Positions 40,223 to 50,192 of a DNA stretch of 64,000 nucleotides are shown here, piece by piece. The position numbers were made by a program, and so were the translations under genes. Each line of letters starts with the position of its first letter. Position 1 is the stretch's first letter. Under the pieces are notes generated by a model. That model did not search any database. It was not told the origin of the DNA and saw only the letters and a list, made by a program, of their open reading frames with translations. Source of the stretch: a bacterium (lineage in GTDB: Bacteria; UBA10199; 2-02-FULL-50-16; JAJFLM01); contig CBDCFN010000016.1 of the NCBI GenBank assembly GCA_965216315.1, forward strand, positions 416,001-480,000, written 5' to 3'.

Positions 40223-41095
40223 TCATTGAAAATATTTGATATTTGAGCTTTTAAAAGTGAAGTAAAAGACGAGGGCAAAGCCCCAACCGGCGAGGACGTC
40301 GATGAAGTAATGGTGATTCAAGTAGACGGCCGCAAATGCGGCCAAGGCGGCATAGAAATGGAAACACCAACGAAAATGCCCCATTATTCTATGGGCGTAG
40401 CAGGCAACCAGCAGGGGGAATGCGGCATGCATGGAGGGAATAGCGCCGAAGACCCAGGCACTGCGTGCATAAGTATTCTGGAAGTGTTCAAAACCGATCA
40501 AATTATCGAAACGAATCAGGCCTGCTGCGGAGCCAGGAATGGCCCAGCCGACCTTGGCAAAGCCATGAGTGGCTACATACCAAGGTGGCGCGGATGGATA
40601 GGCGATGTAGGCAATGAATGCAAAGAGATTCATGAAGAGAAATGCCCAGCGGAAATTATTGAAATAAGGAGAGCGTCTGATCCACAAGTAGAGTGCAAAG
40701 CCGATTGGAATAACTACGTGAGCGGCATAGACAGCCCCAGTAATGATGTCGAGGATATCATTGTTGTGTGCCATGAAGTAGTTCGTTGGAATAAAGCCCT
40801 TATGAAATCCGATGACTTCAAATAACGCGGCTTCAATGCGGTATGGGCTTTCAATGTGAATTGCACCGGCCCAGTCTTTGGGGAAGATGCGGAGTAGATC
40901 GTAGAGAATGCCGAAGAGTGCAAAAGGAAAAAAATCGATCACCCAACGACGTGTCTGCTGGTGGGTTAGATAGAGCCCAATCATGCAGCTGATGAGTAGG
41001 GCGTGTTCCCACCGAAGCCCAATGCTGAGGCTGATGAGACCTAGATAAGCCAGCCAGAAACAAGGAAACCAGCTTTGTTTCAGTATGTTCTCCAT
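40223..41095 (-). CDS. Aur1/IPC-synthase-like PAP2 membrane phosphotransferase (inositol lipid synthase candidate)
   Basis: 6-7 TMs. YPSAPPWY, FGAIPSMHAA and HHYFIDV match the Aur1/PAP2_3 catalytic motifs. Confidence 0.8.
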   Translation of the reverse strand: MENILKQSWFPCFWLAYLGLISLSIGLRWEHALLISCMIGLYLTHQQTRRWVIDFFPFALFGILYDLLRIFPKDWAGAIHIESPYRIEAALFEVIGFHKGFIPTNYFMAHNNDILDIITGAVYAAHVVIPIGFALYLWIRRSPYFNNFRWAFLFMNLFAFIAYIAYPSAPPWYVATHGFAKVGWAIPGSAAGLIRFDNLIGFEHFQNTYARSAWVFGAIPSMHAAFPLLVACYAHRIMGHFRWCFHFYAALAAFAAVYLNHHYFIDVLAGWGFALVFYFTFKSSNIKYFQ

Positions 41096-41214
41096 AATAG
41101 AGGCGTACAGGTAGCGTTCGAATCCATGCCTGTCAATGGCGAGCCCGGCAAATCCCTGAGCGGCGTGAGTTTGCTAACATTGTGATATTACTATAGATTT
41201 GCTATTCTACCTTT

Positions 41215-42849
41215 ATGGCACAGACAGCTTCACAGCGGGTATCACCTCGAGCTGAACTCCTGGAACTCCAGAAAAAAATCTTCCAGCGTAATGAGCGCAT
41301 TATACGCACGGAGGCGATTGTGGAAGAACCGGGTTTTGCACTCTATGAACGGCGTTATAAAAAACAAGTTGCTGATTTTGAGCGGGCGGCCCGAGTTGAA
41401 GATGTACTGAAGGCGATTGAGGCCGCCGACATTATCTATCTCGGCGATTATCACACCAATCCGCAATCTCAACGGACTTTACTACGTTTATTGAAACTCG
41501 TTTCAGGTCGGATTCCTCATCTCGCGCTGGGATTGGAACTCGTTAAAGATACACATCAAAAGAGTCTAGATCGGTATTTGGCGAATAAAATCGGAGCTGC
41601 CACGTTTTTAAAGAGAATTGAATTCAAGAAGTATTGGTACTTTGATCTGTGGGATAATTTTAAGCCGATCTTCGACTTTGCTCGCTACCATCGCATTCAG
41701 GTCTATGGAATCGAATCCGCGAAGGTGCAAGATAAGGGCCTCAAAGTTCGCGATGAATATTCAGCGGAGATCATTGCAAAAATTATCGAAGCACAGCCTG
41801 ATTTAAAGCTCTTTATTTTTGTAGGTGACTTGCACATTGCCCCTCAGCATCTGCCAAGAGAAGTCGATAAAGCATTGGTTAGACGAAAGCTCGAGCGTAA
41901 ACGATTGCTCATCTATCAGAATAGCGAGAATATTTATTGGAAGCTGGCGGAACAACGACGTGAGGAAAAAGTTGAGATCGTTCGAGTGGACCAGGAAAGC
42001 TATTGTTTAATGAATACCCCGCCCATCGTGTGGCAGCAGACCTTCTTGAACTGGCTGGAGAACGAAGGAGAAGCGATCGACTATGTGGATGCCAAGCATA
42101 CATTGACGGAACTTTTAGAGCGTGTGGCCGATTTTCTCGAGATTCGTTTGCCTGGAGACTATGATGAATTTGAGGTGTTTACCTGTGGAGATCTGAGTTT
42201 TTTAGAGGCGCTTCGAAAGGACGGAACATTTACGGCAAAAGAACTTAAGGTGATCAAGCATCAGATCCTCTCGTCTGAAAGTTACTTTATTCCACGTAAG
42301 CGGTTTATATATCTTGCCAATGTGTCTATCAATCATGCGGCGGAAGAGGCATCACATTATCTGAAATACTTATGCTCAGGAGAAGAGTTTGAACGAACTT
42401 TATCGGATGCTTTTTATGCGAATACATTGCATGAAGCGATAGGTTTTTTTGGGTCTAAGATTATTAATCACAAAAGAAAATGTATTCATGAAAAACAGCT
42501 CAAAGAATTAGTAGAGTACTTGAGTGCGATTCACCTTCCGGGAAATCGCCGCTTTGAACTGGAAATTGCCTATCTTGTCCGCGAACATAAAAAACTTGAA
42601 CGGCGTAAAAACCCTATGCCCTACCAGGAGACCATTCCTCATCGGACAGAGGTCTTCTTGGGGGCGACCCACATGCTAGGGTATATGCTGGGCGACCGCC
42701 TCTATCACGCCCTGGTTAGCGGAGCGATTAGCAAGAAGGAGATTCGCGCTCTGATGACAAACCCTATGTTGGAAGAGGGGGAGCCATTCCTCATCTATAT
42801 CGATTTGGTGCGAAGGACGCGGATGGTGAAATTACCGCGGCGTTTGTAG
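41215..42849 (+). CDS. ChaN/TraB(Tiki)-like domain protein with C-terminal HExxG-containing extension
   Basis: IIYLGDYH, LALGLE, RDE..A and VGDLH resemble the EreA/ChaN fold. No signal peptide. Confidence 0.6.
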   Translation: MAQTASQRVSPRAELLELQKKIFQRNERIIRTEAIVEEPGFALYERRYKKQVADFERAARVEDVLKAIEAADIIYLGDYHTNPQSQRTLLRLLKLVSGRIPHLALGLELVKDTHQKSLDRYLANKIGAATFLKRIEFKKYWYFDLWDNFKPIFDFARYHRIQVYGIESAKVQDKGLKVRDEYSAEIIAKIIEAQPDLKLFIFVGDLHIAPQHLPREVDKALVRRKLERKRLLIYQNSENIYWKLAEQRREEKVEIVRVDQESYCLMNTPPIVWQQTFLNWLENEGEAIDYVDAKHTLTELLERVADFLEIRLPGDYDEFEVFTCGDLSFLEALRKDGTFTAKELKVIKHQILSSESYFIPRKRFIYLANVSINHAAEEASHYLKYLCSGEEFERTLSDAFYANTLHEAIGFFGSKIINHKRKCIHEKQLKELVEYLSAIHLPGNRRFELEIAYLVREHKKLERRKNPMPYQETIPHRTEVFLGATHMLGYMLGDRLYHALVSGAISKKEIRALMTNPMLEEGEPFLIYIDLVRRTRMVKLPRRL

Positions 42850-42874
42850 GAACGCCCTGTTGTTTCCCGGCATC

Positions 42875-42956
42875 CCTCCCTTTGTAAAGGGAGGTTAGGA
42901 GGGATTTAATTGGCTGTAATTTAAATCCTCCTTGTTCCCCCTTTCAAAAGGGGAGG
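42875..42956. repeat. Inverted pair of REP-like palindromes between convergent genes
   Basis: CCTCCCTTTGTAAAGGGAGG..GAGGGATTT and an inverted, degenerate copy AAATCCTCC..CCCCCTTTCAAAAGGGGAGG. Confidence 0.7.
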
Positions 42957-42957
42957 T

Positions 42958-43362
42958 CTAGTTGTCATCTGAATACCAAGTTGCTGGCTGAGGACGGGTA
43001 TCTACATGGAGGTGATTGCGGTAGATGCCAATGCCGGTAAATCCGACGTCACGAGCGTGATTGGCGAGTTCAAGTGGTTTCATCTTTTCTACCCATATGT
43101 CGGCTGCTTTGCCGAGCAGGTGTTGGCTGTGGCGTGCCGGACGGTAGCCTTGGCGGCGTAGCCGCTCCTGGTCGGCCTGGGTTCGGTCTCCACTCGTTAC
43201 ATGGATATCGAGCCCAATTTTATTGGCGAGAGCGTCGAGCTTTTCGCGCACTTCGGGATCCGAAACAGACTTGCCATGGTAGTTAACTGCTCCTGTTTGC
43301 TTGGGTTCGGATAGTTGTCCATTTGTTAGACGAGGTTCGGGAAGTCGGCAAATGTGATGCAT
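42958..43362 (-). CDS. Peptidase M15A-like Zn D-Ala-D-Ala peptidase domain protein
   Basis: VTSGDR, SQHLLGKAADI, GIGIY and HLHVDTR. AAGGAG SD. Confidence 0.85.
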   Translation of the reverse strand: MHHICRLPEPRLTNGQLSEPKQTGAVNYHGKSVSDPEVREKLDALANKIGLDIHVTSGDRTQADQERLRRQGYRPARHSQHLLGKAADIWVEKMKPLELANHARDVGFTGIGIYRNHLHVDTRPQPATWYSDDN

Positions 43363-43388
43363 AGTGATCTCCTTTGCCGTGATTAACT

Positions 43389-43405
43389 AGCAAATGAGAT
43401 GCCAA
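43389..43405 (-). promoter_or_regulatory. Sigma54 (-24/-12) promoter of the M15 peptidase gene
   Basis: TTGGCATCTCATTTGCT has GG-N10-GC spacing. An IHF-like TTTCAGCTATTTA lies about 30 nt further upstream. Confidence 0.7.
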
Positions 43406-43546
43406 GTTGATGGCGTTGAAATGAGTCGATATTTTCAGCTATTTACCGCGTGAAGAGAGTCAAATTGAATCGCTAAGTTTCATTCTGAGACGCTAATCAT
43501 AATAGTCGAGGCCAAGGTGCGTAATTTGCTCTTCAGTCATGATAAT

Positions 43547-43616
43547 GGGGGTGTGTGCAGAGCCCAACACCCCCAAACCCCCGGATTGGTTCACTCGGAC
43601 GGAGTGAATCCGATCC
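43547..43616. repeat. Double-hairpin REP-like element downstream of ino1
   Basis: GGGGGTGT..ACACCCCC, AAACCCCC, then GGATTGGTTCACTC-ggacg-GAGTGAATCCGATCC. Confidence 0.55.
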
Positions 43617-43642
43617 TCCTTCACAACAAGTTAGAGCGTAAA

Positions 43643-44956
43643 TTAATCATAGTACTCTAAACCCAAGTGAGTAATCTGCTCTTCACCCATTAAATAGCGC
43701 AAGGTGTTCTTGAGCTTCATCTGCTGGATGAAGAGATCATGTTCCGGGTAGAGGCCTGCAGCGGCCTGGGGGCTCTTGAAATAGAATGAGAGCCATTCCT
43801 GGATACCTTTCATGCCGGCACGTTTGGCGAGGTCGAGGAACAGGATGAGATCTAAAACCAACGGTGCCGCGAGGATGGAGTCCTTGCAGAGAAAATCCAC
43901 CTTGATCTGCATTTTCTCGCCGAGCCACCCGAAAATATCGATATTGTCCCAGCCTTCTTTGTTGTCACCGCGAGGCGGGTAATAGTTGATCCGGACTTTG
44001 TGATAAATATCCCCGTAAAGATCCGGATACAGTTCCGGTTGCAGGATGGAGTCGAGGACGCCGAGTTTACTTTCTTCCTTGGTCTTGAAGGAGCTCGGGT
44101 CATCAAGGACTTCACCGTCGCGATTTCCTAAAATATTCGTTGAAAACCAGCCCTCGACGCCCAGGCAGCGGGCCTTAAAGCCGGGGGATAAGATCGTTTT
44201 CATCAGGGTCTGTCCGGTTTTGAAGTCTTTTCCGCAGATCGGTGTGCTGAATTCCTTGGACAGATCGATCATGGCCGGGAAATCGGCAGACAGATTCGGG
44301 GCGCCATTGGCGTAGGGAATACCGAGTTTGCAGGCCGCATAGGCATAAACCATGCTCGGGGCAATATTGGGGTCGTTATTTTCCAGCCCTTTTTCAAAGG
44401 CGGCGAGATCGTTATGCACTGCCGTCGGTTCAATGAAGACCTCAGTCGAGCCACACCAGATCATAACGAGGCGGTCGATGTTCTTTTTTGTTCGGAATTT
44501 TTCGATGTCCTCTATTAATTGATCCGCTAAGGCCTTTTTGTTGGCGCCTTTTTTAACGTTTGGGCCATCAAGCCGTTTGACGTAATCGCGATCAAACACG
44601 GCCGGCATGGGGCGGATTTCTTCGAGTGGTTCGCGAATGGAGTCGAGCAGTTCTTTGGGGAGAACGCCGGCGTGCGAGGCGGCTTCATAGGCGTTTTCTT
44701 CAAAAATATCCCAGGCCAAAAATTCAATGTCATGCAATTTGGCAAGCGGAGCAAAGTCTTTAATGAAAGGAGTCCGGTTTTCAGTGCGCTTGCCAAGTCG
44801 TATGGTTCCCATTTGAGTGAGGGACCCGATTGGTTTGGATAATCCTTGGCGAATCGCTTCGACACCGGCGACAAAAGTTGTACTGACAGCACCAAGTCCC
44901 ACTAAGAGAACGCCGAGTTTACCGTCGGCCGGTTCAATATTCTTATTTATTTCCAT
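43643..44956 (-). CDS. ino1: myo-inositol-1-phosphate synthase
   Basis: WCGSTE, NGAPN, GKDFKTGQT, NILGNRDG, YYPPRGDNKEGWD and CKDSILAAP. Confidence 0.95.
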   Translation of the reverse strand: MEINKNIEPADGKLGVLLVGLGAVSTTFVAGVEAIRQGLSKPIGSLTQMGTIRLGKRTENRTPFIKDFAPLAKLHDIEFLAWDIFEENAYEAASHAGVLPKELLDSIREPLEEIRPMPAVFDRDYVKRLDGPNVKKGANKKALADQLIEDIEKFRTKKNIDRLVMIWCGSTEVFIEPTAVHNDLAAFEKGLENNDPNIAPSMVYAYAACKLGIPYANGAPNLSADFPAMIDLSKEFSTPICGKDFKTGQTLMKTILSPGFKARCLGVEGWFSTNILGNRDGEVLDDPSSFKTKEESKLGVLDSILQPELYPDLYGDIYHKVRINYYPPRGDNKEGWDNIDIFGWLGEKMQIKVDFLCKDSILAAPLVLDLILFLDLAKRAGMKGIQEWLSFYFKSPQAAAGLYPEHDLFIQQMKLKNTLRYLMGEEQITHLGLEYYD

Positions 44957-45098
44957 CGTCCCATTATCTCCTTTTTCGACGCCCTTAGACTAAATGAATC
45001 CCCTCGCTAACACAGCCAGCCGCTGCCTGTAAACCCCTATGAAATATAAGGTTGTTCTGACTCGCTTTGCGAAAAATTTCAAAAAAACCAGGCTTGGC

Positions 45099-45124
45099 GC
45101 AACTTTTTGAGGTGGGTCGCGATA
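45099..45124 (+). promoter_or_regulatory. Shared bipartite promoter-like motif (113-aa orphan)
   Basis: GCAAC TTTTT gaggtgggtc GCGATA. Confidence 0.65.
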
Positions 45125-45167
45125 AGGGGATTACTAGCTAACTTAGTGATACTTAAAGGGAATTGCT

Positions 45168-45509
45168 GTGATTTTTCGTGCAATTAAAAATATATTCTCG
45201 CTCTTGCCCCATCTCACGCAGCAGGGGGCCATTGAGAAAGAGAAAAAGAAGGAAAAGCCGCGTCTTCTGGATGTGATGCAGGCGCGCTTTCTCTCTGAAG
45301 AGGCCCGGCGGCGCAATGTTGAGTTGTCGGCACTGATCAAGAACAACGGTAACATTGTTGCCGATGAAGCCTTGCAAGAGGGAGTGGAGAAGAAAGTGAA
45401 CGCCTTGATGGCGCCCCACTATCAGCATCCCGAGATCATGGATGAAGTGACGGAAAAATTGACCGACGTTGCGCGTCACGATCCGTATTATCGCCGCTGG
45501 TTCAGCTGA
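45168..45509 (+). CDS. Hypothetical helical protein (113 aa)
   Basis: GTG start with AAAGGGA SD. Fills the gap between ino1 and comM and is preceded by the shared motif. Confidence 0.6.
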   Translation: MIFRAIKNIFSLLPHLTQQGAIEKEKKKEKPRLLDVMQARFLSEEARRRNVELSALIKNNGNIVADEALQEGVEKKVNALMAPHYQHPEIMDEVTEKLTDVARHDPYYRRWFS

Positions 45510-45529
45510 TCATATTTTCACCAATACGC

Positions 45530-47062
45530 TTATAGACTTTCACCTCGGTCGAGTGAACGATACTGGATCGCTTCGGCGATGTGCTTTGCTTCAATATTCG
45601 GGCTGGATGAAAGGTCGGAGATCGTGCGCGCTACGCGCAAGATACGATCATAGGCGCGGGCCGAGAGACCGAGGCCTTCAACGGCTTTTTTCATGAGTGA
45701 CCGACTTTTGCTGTCAAGGGAGCAGAACTTTCTTAAGTGTGGGACCCGCATTTTCGCATTGCAAAAAGGTCCTCTGACTCCGAAACGGTCACGTTGTATT
45801 TTGCGAGCCGCAAGGACACGTCTCGCAATTGCAGCGGACTCTTCCCCCTCCTTCTTTCTGGATAATTCATCGTAGCTCAAAGCCGGGACTTCAATGTGGA
45901 GGTCGATGCGATCGAGGATGGGCCCGGAGATGCGATTGCGGTATTTTATGCGGTCATAGAGCGTACATTTGCATGAGTGCGTCGAACTGCCGAGATGCCC
46001 GCACTTGCAAGGATTCATTGCGGCAATTAGCATGAAAGCGGCGGGATAGGTCAGGGTCGAGAGGGCGCGTGCGATGGTGATTCTCCCACTCTCTAAGGGC
46101 TGACGTAGCAGTTCCATGACATGACGTTGAAACTCAGGGAATTCATCAAGAAATAAAACTCCGTTGTGGGCGAAGCTGACTTCACCGGGTCGCGGGATGG
46201 GGCCGCCGCCGATAAGGCCGGCGTTACTGACGGAGCTGTGAGGGGAGCGGAAGGGGCGCGTGCGAATCAGGGGTTGATCGGGGTCGAGCTTGCCGACAAC
46301 GCTATAAATTTTAGTGGTTTCAAGGGACTCCTCTAGGTTCATAGATGGCAGGATGGTCGGCACGCGTTCCGCCAGCATGGTTTTTCCGGAACCGGGAGGG
46401 CCGATGAGCAAGATATTGTGCCCGCCGGCAACGGCGACTTCGATGGCGCGTCGCGCTTGCAATTGGCCTTTGATGTCGGAGTAGTCCTGCGTGATTCGAG
46501 TGGATGCTTTCTCTTGTGACGGATTCCCCTGGTAAACCGGAAAATCGCGTTCCCGTGTCAGTGCTTGGACGACATCTTGGAGGTTTTTGACGGGAGCCAG
46601 TTGGAGTCCCTTGACGACGGCGGCTTCATGCGCGTTGGCTTCCGGAAGGATGAGTCGGCAGGGGCCTTTTTTTCGGGCCATGATGGCAATAGGAAGCGCC
46701 CCCGGGACGGGCTTGATGCGGCCATCCAGACAAAGTTCCCCGAGGAACAATTTATCTTCAAAACTGATCTCCCCGAAACATTCCGACGCTGCCATGAGTC
46801 CCACGGCGATCGGCAGGTCAAAGGCGGTTCCTTGCTTTTTAATATCCGCCGGAGAGAGGTTGATGGTGATTTTTTGGTTTTCGAAGTGGTAGCCGCAATT
46901 CTTGATGGCGGCAGTCACACGGTTGCGGCTTTCTTTGACGGCGCCTTCTGCCAGCCCGACGGTCATCCAAGAGGGGAGGCCGAAGCGCACGTCTACTTCA
47001 ACATCGATAGAGTAGGCGTTGATACCGATAAGTCCGGCAGAGGGAACGGATGCGAGGGCCAT
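45530..47062 (-). CDS. comM: YifB/ComM Mg-chelatase-like AAA+ ATPase
   Basis: NLSPADIKK.GTAFDLPIA, GPPGSGKTM, PFRSPH, HNGVLFLDE, AMNPC.CG and LSARAYDRIL. Confidence 0.93.
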   Translation of the reverse strand: MALASVPSAGLIGINAYSIDVEVDVRFGLPSWMTVGLAEGAVKESRNRVTAAIKNCGYHFENQKITINLSPADIKKQGTAFDLPIAVGLMAASECFGEISFEDKLFLGELCLDGRIKPVPGALPIAIMARKKGPCRLILPEANAHEAAVVKGLQLAPVKNLQDVVQALTRERDFPVYQGNPSQEKASTRITQDYSDIKGQLQARRAIEVAVAGGHNILLIGPPGSGKTMLAERVPTILPSMNLEESLETTKIYSVVGKLDPDQPLIRTRPFRSPHSSVSNAGLIGGGPIPRPGEVSFAHNGVLFLDEFPEFQRHVMELLRQPLESGRITIARALSTLTYPAAFMLIAAMNPCKCGHLGSSTHSCKCTLYDRIKYRNRISGPILDRIDLHIEVPALSYDELSRKKEGEESAAIARRVLAARKIQRDRFGVRGPFCNAKMRVPHLRKFCSLDSKSRSLMKKAVEGLGLSARAYDRILRVARTISDLSSSPNIEAKHIAEAIQYRSLDRGESL

Positions 47063-47065
47063 CGC

Positions 47066-47584
47066 TTAAAAGCCTATCTTTCGGATCGGTTTTTCAGAGG
47101 GCGCCATTAATTCGCGGATTGCGTTGACTAATAATCGAATATCCTCATCCTGTTCTGAGAGTTTGTGTTCAACTCGAGACAGTCGAAGCGATAGTTCGGC
47201 ATTTTGTGCCACCATTTCTCTCATTTTAATGAAGGTCTTGACGATTTGGATGCTCGCTAAGACGGCTGTTTTGCTGTTCAATATATTGGCTAACATTATA
47301 GCGCCGTATTCCGTGAAGGCGTAAGGTAAGCTAGTGGAATGTTTTAGATTTTTGAACCGGTCGCAAATTGCGACCAGTTCAGCCTTTTCTGAGCTGCTTA
47401 CTTGAAACATAAAATCCTCATCTGGAAAGCGATTACGGTTTCTTTTGACCTGTTCATTGAGGCGCTTGGTCGTGACGCCGTAGATCTTGGCGAGATCGGC
47501 ATCGAGCATGACCTTTTGCCCGCGAATGAGCAGAATCGCCTGTTTGATCCGCTCCAGAGGGATGACTGATGCATTCTTCGGCAT
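47066..47584 (-). CDS. ORF6N (KilA-N-related) DNA-binding domain protein
   Basis: IRGQKVMLDADLA.IYGV.TKRLNEQVKRN..RFP, PYAFTE.G and a C-terminal KIGF. Confidence 0.9.
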   Translation of the reverse strand: MPKNASVIPLERIKQAILLIRGQKVMLDADLAKIYGVTTKRLNEQVKRNRNRFPDEDFMFQVSSSEKAELVAICDRFKNLKHSTSLPYAFTEYGAIMLANILNSKTAVLASIQIVKTFIKMREMVAQNAELSLRLSRVEHKLSEQDEDIRLLVNAIRELMAPSEKPIRKIGF

Positions 47585-47597
47585 GGAAGGCCCTATA

Positions 47598-47613
47598 TGC
47601 AAAAGAGATGCCG
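47598..47613 (-). promoter_or_regulatory. Possible sigma54 promoter upstream of ORF6N-comM
   Basis: CGGCATCTCTTTTGCA (GG-N10-GC), very similar to the site at 43389. Confidence 0.4.
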
Positions 47614-47665
47614 CCGTGAGAAGCGCCGGGAGATCCTTTATTGTTAAAGGCTAGAGATGGATATG

Positions 47666-47697
47666 AAAAAGGGGCGCCATTTATGGCGCCCCTTTTT
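47666..47697. terminator. Intrinsic terminator (bidirectional shape) downstream of the adhesin gene
   Basis: AAAAAGGGGCGCCAT-tt-ATGGCGCCCCTTTTT. Confidence 0.85.
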
Positions 47698-47750
47698 GAA
47701 GAGCAGATTCGATTCAATTTGGGACCCGCGGGTCCGAATATGAATCGTGC

Positions 47751-50090
47751 TTAATTACGTCGACGACGCAGGCCGAGTAGCGCGGCCGTCGTGCCGAACA
47801 GCCAGAAAAGGGCCGAGGCACTGCTTGGTGCCGTCATTGAAGCAAGGCTGCAACCGCCACTGCCGAGACAATTGCCGCCATTGCAGTCACAAGCGTCGCC
47901 GATTCCGTCCTCGTCTGCATCCGCCTGATCAGCATTGCTAACCTCAGTGCAGTTATCAACGTCATCAGGAATGCCGTCACCATCTTCGTCTCCAGAGCTT
48001 GGTGTTGATATCGAATCGAGATCGCAGGCGTCTCCAATGCCATCGCCATCGGCATCCGTCTGATCCGCATTGGACACATTAGGGCAATTATCCGTGGCAT
48101 TATCCTCACCGTCGCCGTCGGTGTCGCTTTCGGCAATGCAGACGGCGCTACAGCCATCTCCATTGTCATTATTGCCGTCGTCGCATATTTCACCGGCATC
48201 TATAATGCCGTTGCCGCAGCCAAACTCAGTAGCACCGATATCCGAGGTGATGGTACCATCTCCATCTCCGTCAATCCGACCGACACCTACTTGATCGGTA
48301 GCAGGAGCATCCGCGTCGTCACCCGAGTCTATTGCCGGACTCCCGCTTTCAAGGTAGTGTGCTCCTGTGGGAATTCCGTTGGCCGGGTCACCGCCATTGG
48401 CCGGGATTAGAGCCGTCAGCATTGGGTCTATTTCATTTCCCAATGCTCCTTCGATGTCATTAAGACTAGTGTCGAAGTTTTCATCGTCACAACCCTCATT
48501 CGTTCCGAGTATGTTGTTCCCACCTGAGGTTACCGGATTCCCATTCGTACCGCAGTCGGGAGCCGACGTTGCATCAAAATTGCCCGCGATGATCGAATTG
48601 GTAACCGTGAATGTTCCCGCAGATGCTTCTAAATGGATGCCGCCGCCGTCACCGTTGCCGTCAAAATCGGAGTCAGCCTGGTTGTTCGTAATGGTGACGT
48701 TCAAGAGGGTTACGGTAGCGGTGCTAGTGTCGTTGTTGATGCCGCCTCCGCTTCTACCTGAGCTGTTGCCGCTGATAGTCGAATTGGTGACAACAACCGC
48801 TCCTCCATCGGCCTGGATCCCTCCGCCATCATTAGACGAACTGTGATTATTAGAGATAGTAGAGTCTGTAACGGTGAGGCTGCCGCCACCTTCACTTTCA
48901 ATGCCACCGCCTTCGCTCGAAGCGGTATTCCCATCGACCGTTGTGCCGGTGACGGTGGTTGTTATTCCTGTGGCTTCGATTCCTCCTCCGTCGCCAAGTA
49001 ATGCATCATTATTGGCGATCGTACTATTTGTGATAGTTAGTAAAGTTTTACTGATGTCACCCGTTGCATCTCCGTCCGCTGCAATGCCTCCGCCTCCACC
49101 ATCAGAAATGTTTCGGATAATTGATGTGCCCGTAATCGTGGCTGTGGTCGTGAATGCCGCATTGTTGTTAAAAACCATTATGCCGCCGGCCTTACTTGTT
49201 ATTGTTTCATTGTCTGAAATGACTGAATCAGTCACGGCCAAGGTGGTTCCTGAGTTCAAATATATGCCACCGCCTTGATCGTTGGCTTCATTTTGGGAAA
49301 TAGTGCTTGATGTTATAGTAACGCTGGAACCATTGTCGGTGACATAGATACCGCCTCCATTTTCGGTGTCTACATCAGCACCCGTATCTGATGTGCGGTT
49401 GTCACTGATGATACTGCCAGTGATTTCAACGACTGAACCGTCTTCCACATGTACGCCGCCTCCCGTGCCGTCTTCTGCTATGTTGTTGTTGATCAGGCTA
49501 TTTTGGATAATGACCGTGCCGGTGTTGCTTTGGTTATTGTCGACCCGGATGCCGCCGCCGTTTCCTCCTCCACTGTCCCCCGTGTCGTTATTTTGGATAA
49601 CAACCGAATCGAGAATGACGTTAGCATCATAATCATCGGCACGGAAACCGCGAAACCCGCCTGTAAGGGTTAGGCCGGAAATAGTGTGGGGACCTGGGGG
49701 CGCGAAACCGGTGTCGTGATCGACCTCCATTACAATGTTGCCGTTGCTATTATTATCGATAATCAGTGAATCGGCGCCCGGGCCCTGTACGGCCACCGGA
49801 GTATCCAAGATGATTGTGGCATTTGTCGTGATGGTGGTTCCGGATCCCGCAGGAAAAACGGTAGAGTCAAAAATGATAGTATCAGGTGTGTTGTCCAGAT
49901 CTGCTGTTTCAATAGCATCGAGGATATCGCAGTTTCCAGCTCCAGTACACGTGGCCGCGCAGTCAACACCTCCCCCTCCACCTGTAAAGGAAATGTTATT
50001 GACGCAGATATCAGCCGCGTGTGCCGCGTGAGAGGACATTATTGCAGCGATGCCTGCGAAGGTAAAATAAACAAGTGGCCTTAATAGCAT
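47751..50090 (-). CDS. Surface adhesin-like protein: beta-helix (GGGI repeats, choice-of-anchor Q-like), Myxococcus Cys-rich repeat, TSP3 repeats, MYXO-CTERM
   Basis: Sec signal ending AAHA, repeated GGGI..., SPAIDSG, CGNG...CDDGN..DGCS..C, DNCP..N.DQ.D.DGDG.GDAC, and C-terminal GGCS + TM + RRRR. Confidence 0.85.
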   Translation of the reverse strand: MLLRPLVYFTFAGIAAIMSSHAAHAADICVNNISFTGGGGGVDCAATCTGAGNCDILDAIETADLDNTPDTIIFDSTVFPAGSGTTITTNATIILDTPVAVQGPGADSLIIDNNSNGNIVMEVDHDTGFAPPGPHTISGLTLTGGFRGFRADDYDANVILDSVVIQNNDTGDSGGGNGGGIRVDNNQSNTGTVIIQNSLINNNIAEDGTGGGVHVEDGSVVEITGSIISDNRTSDTGADVDTENGGGIYVTDNGSSVTITSSTISQNEANDQGGGIYLNSGTTLAVTDSVISDNETITSKAGGIMVFNNNAAFTTTATITGTSIIRNISDGGGGGIAADGDATGDISKTLLTITNSTIANNDALLGDGGGIEATGITTTVTGTTVDGNTASSEGGGIESEGGGSLTVTDSTISNNHSSSNDGGGIQADGGAVVVTNSTISGNSSGRSGGGINNDTSTATVTLLNVTITNNQADSDFDGNGDGGGIHLEASAGTFTVTNSIIAGNFDATSAPDCGTNGNPVTSGGNNILGTNEGCDDENFDTSLNDIEGALGNEIDPMLTALIPANGGDPANGIPTGAHYLESGSPAIDSGDDADAPATDQVGVGRIDGDGDGTITSDIGATEFGCGNGIIDAGEICDDGNNDNGDGCSAVCIAESDTDGDGEDNATDNCPNVSNADQTDADGDGIGDACDLDSISTPSSGDEDGDGIPDDVDNCTEVSNADQADADEDGIGDACDCNGGNCLGSGGCSLASMTAPSSASALFWLFGTTAALLGLRRRRN

Positions 50091-50192
50091 GACTAATCTC
50101 CCCCTGAAAAATGAATGCTTGGATAATAAATAGGTTAGATTTAATAATTTTATTGTTCTGGTGATAATAGGTCAATTTAAAAGGCAAATTAA

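Noticed and set aside
47066..47584. Prophage around the ORF6N gene
   Set aside because: No integrase, structural or replication genes nearby.
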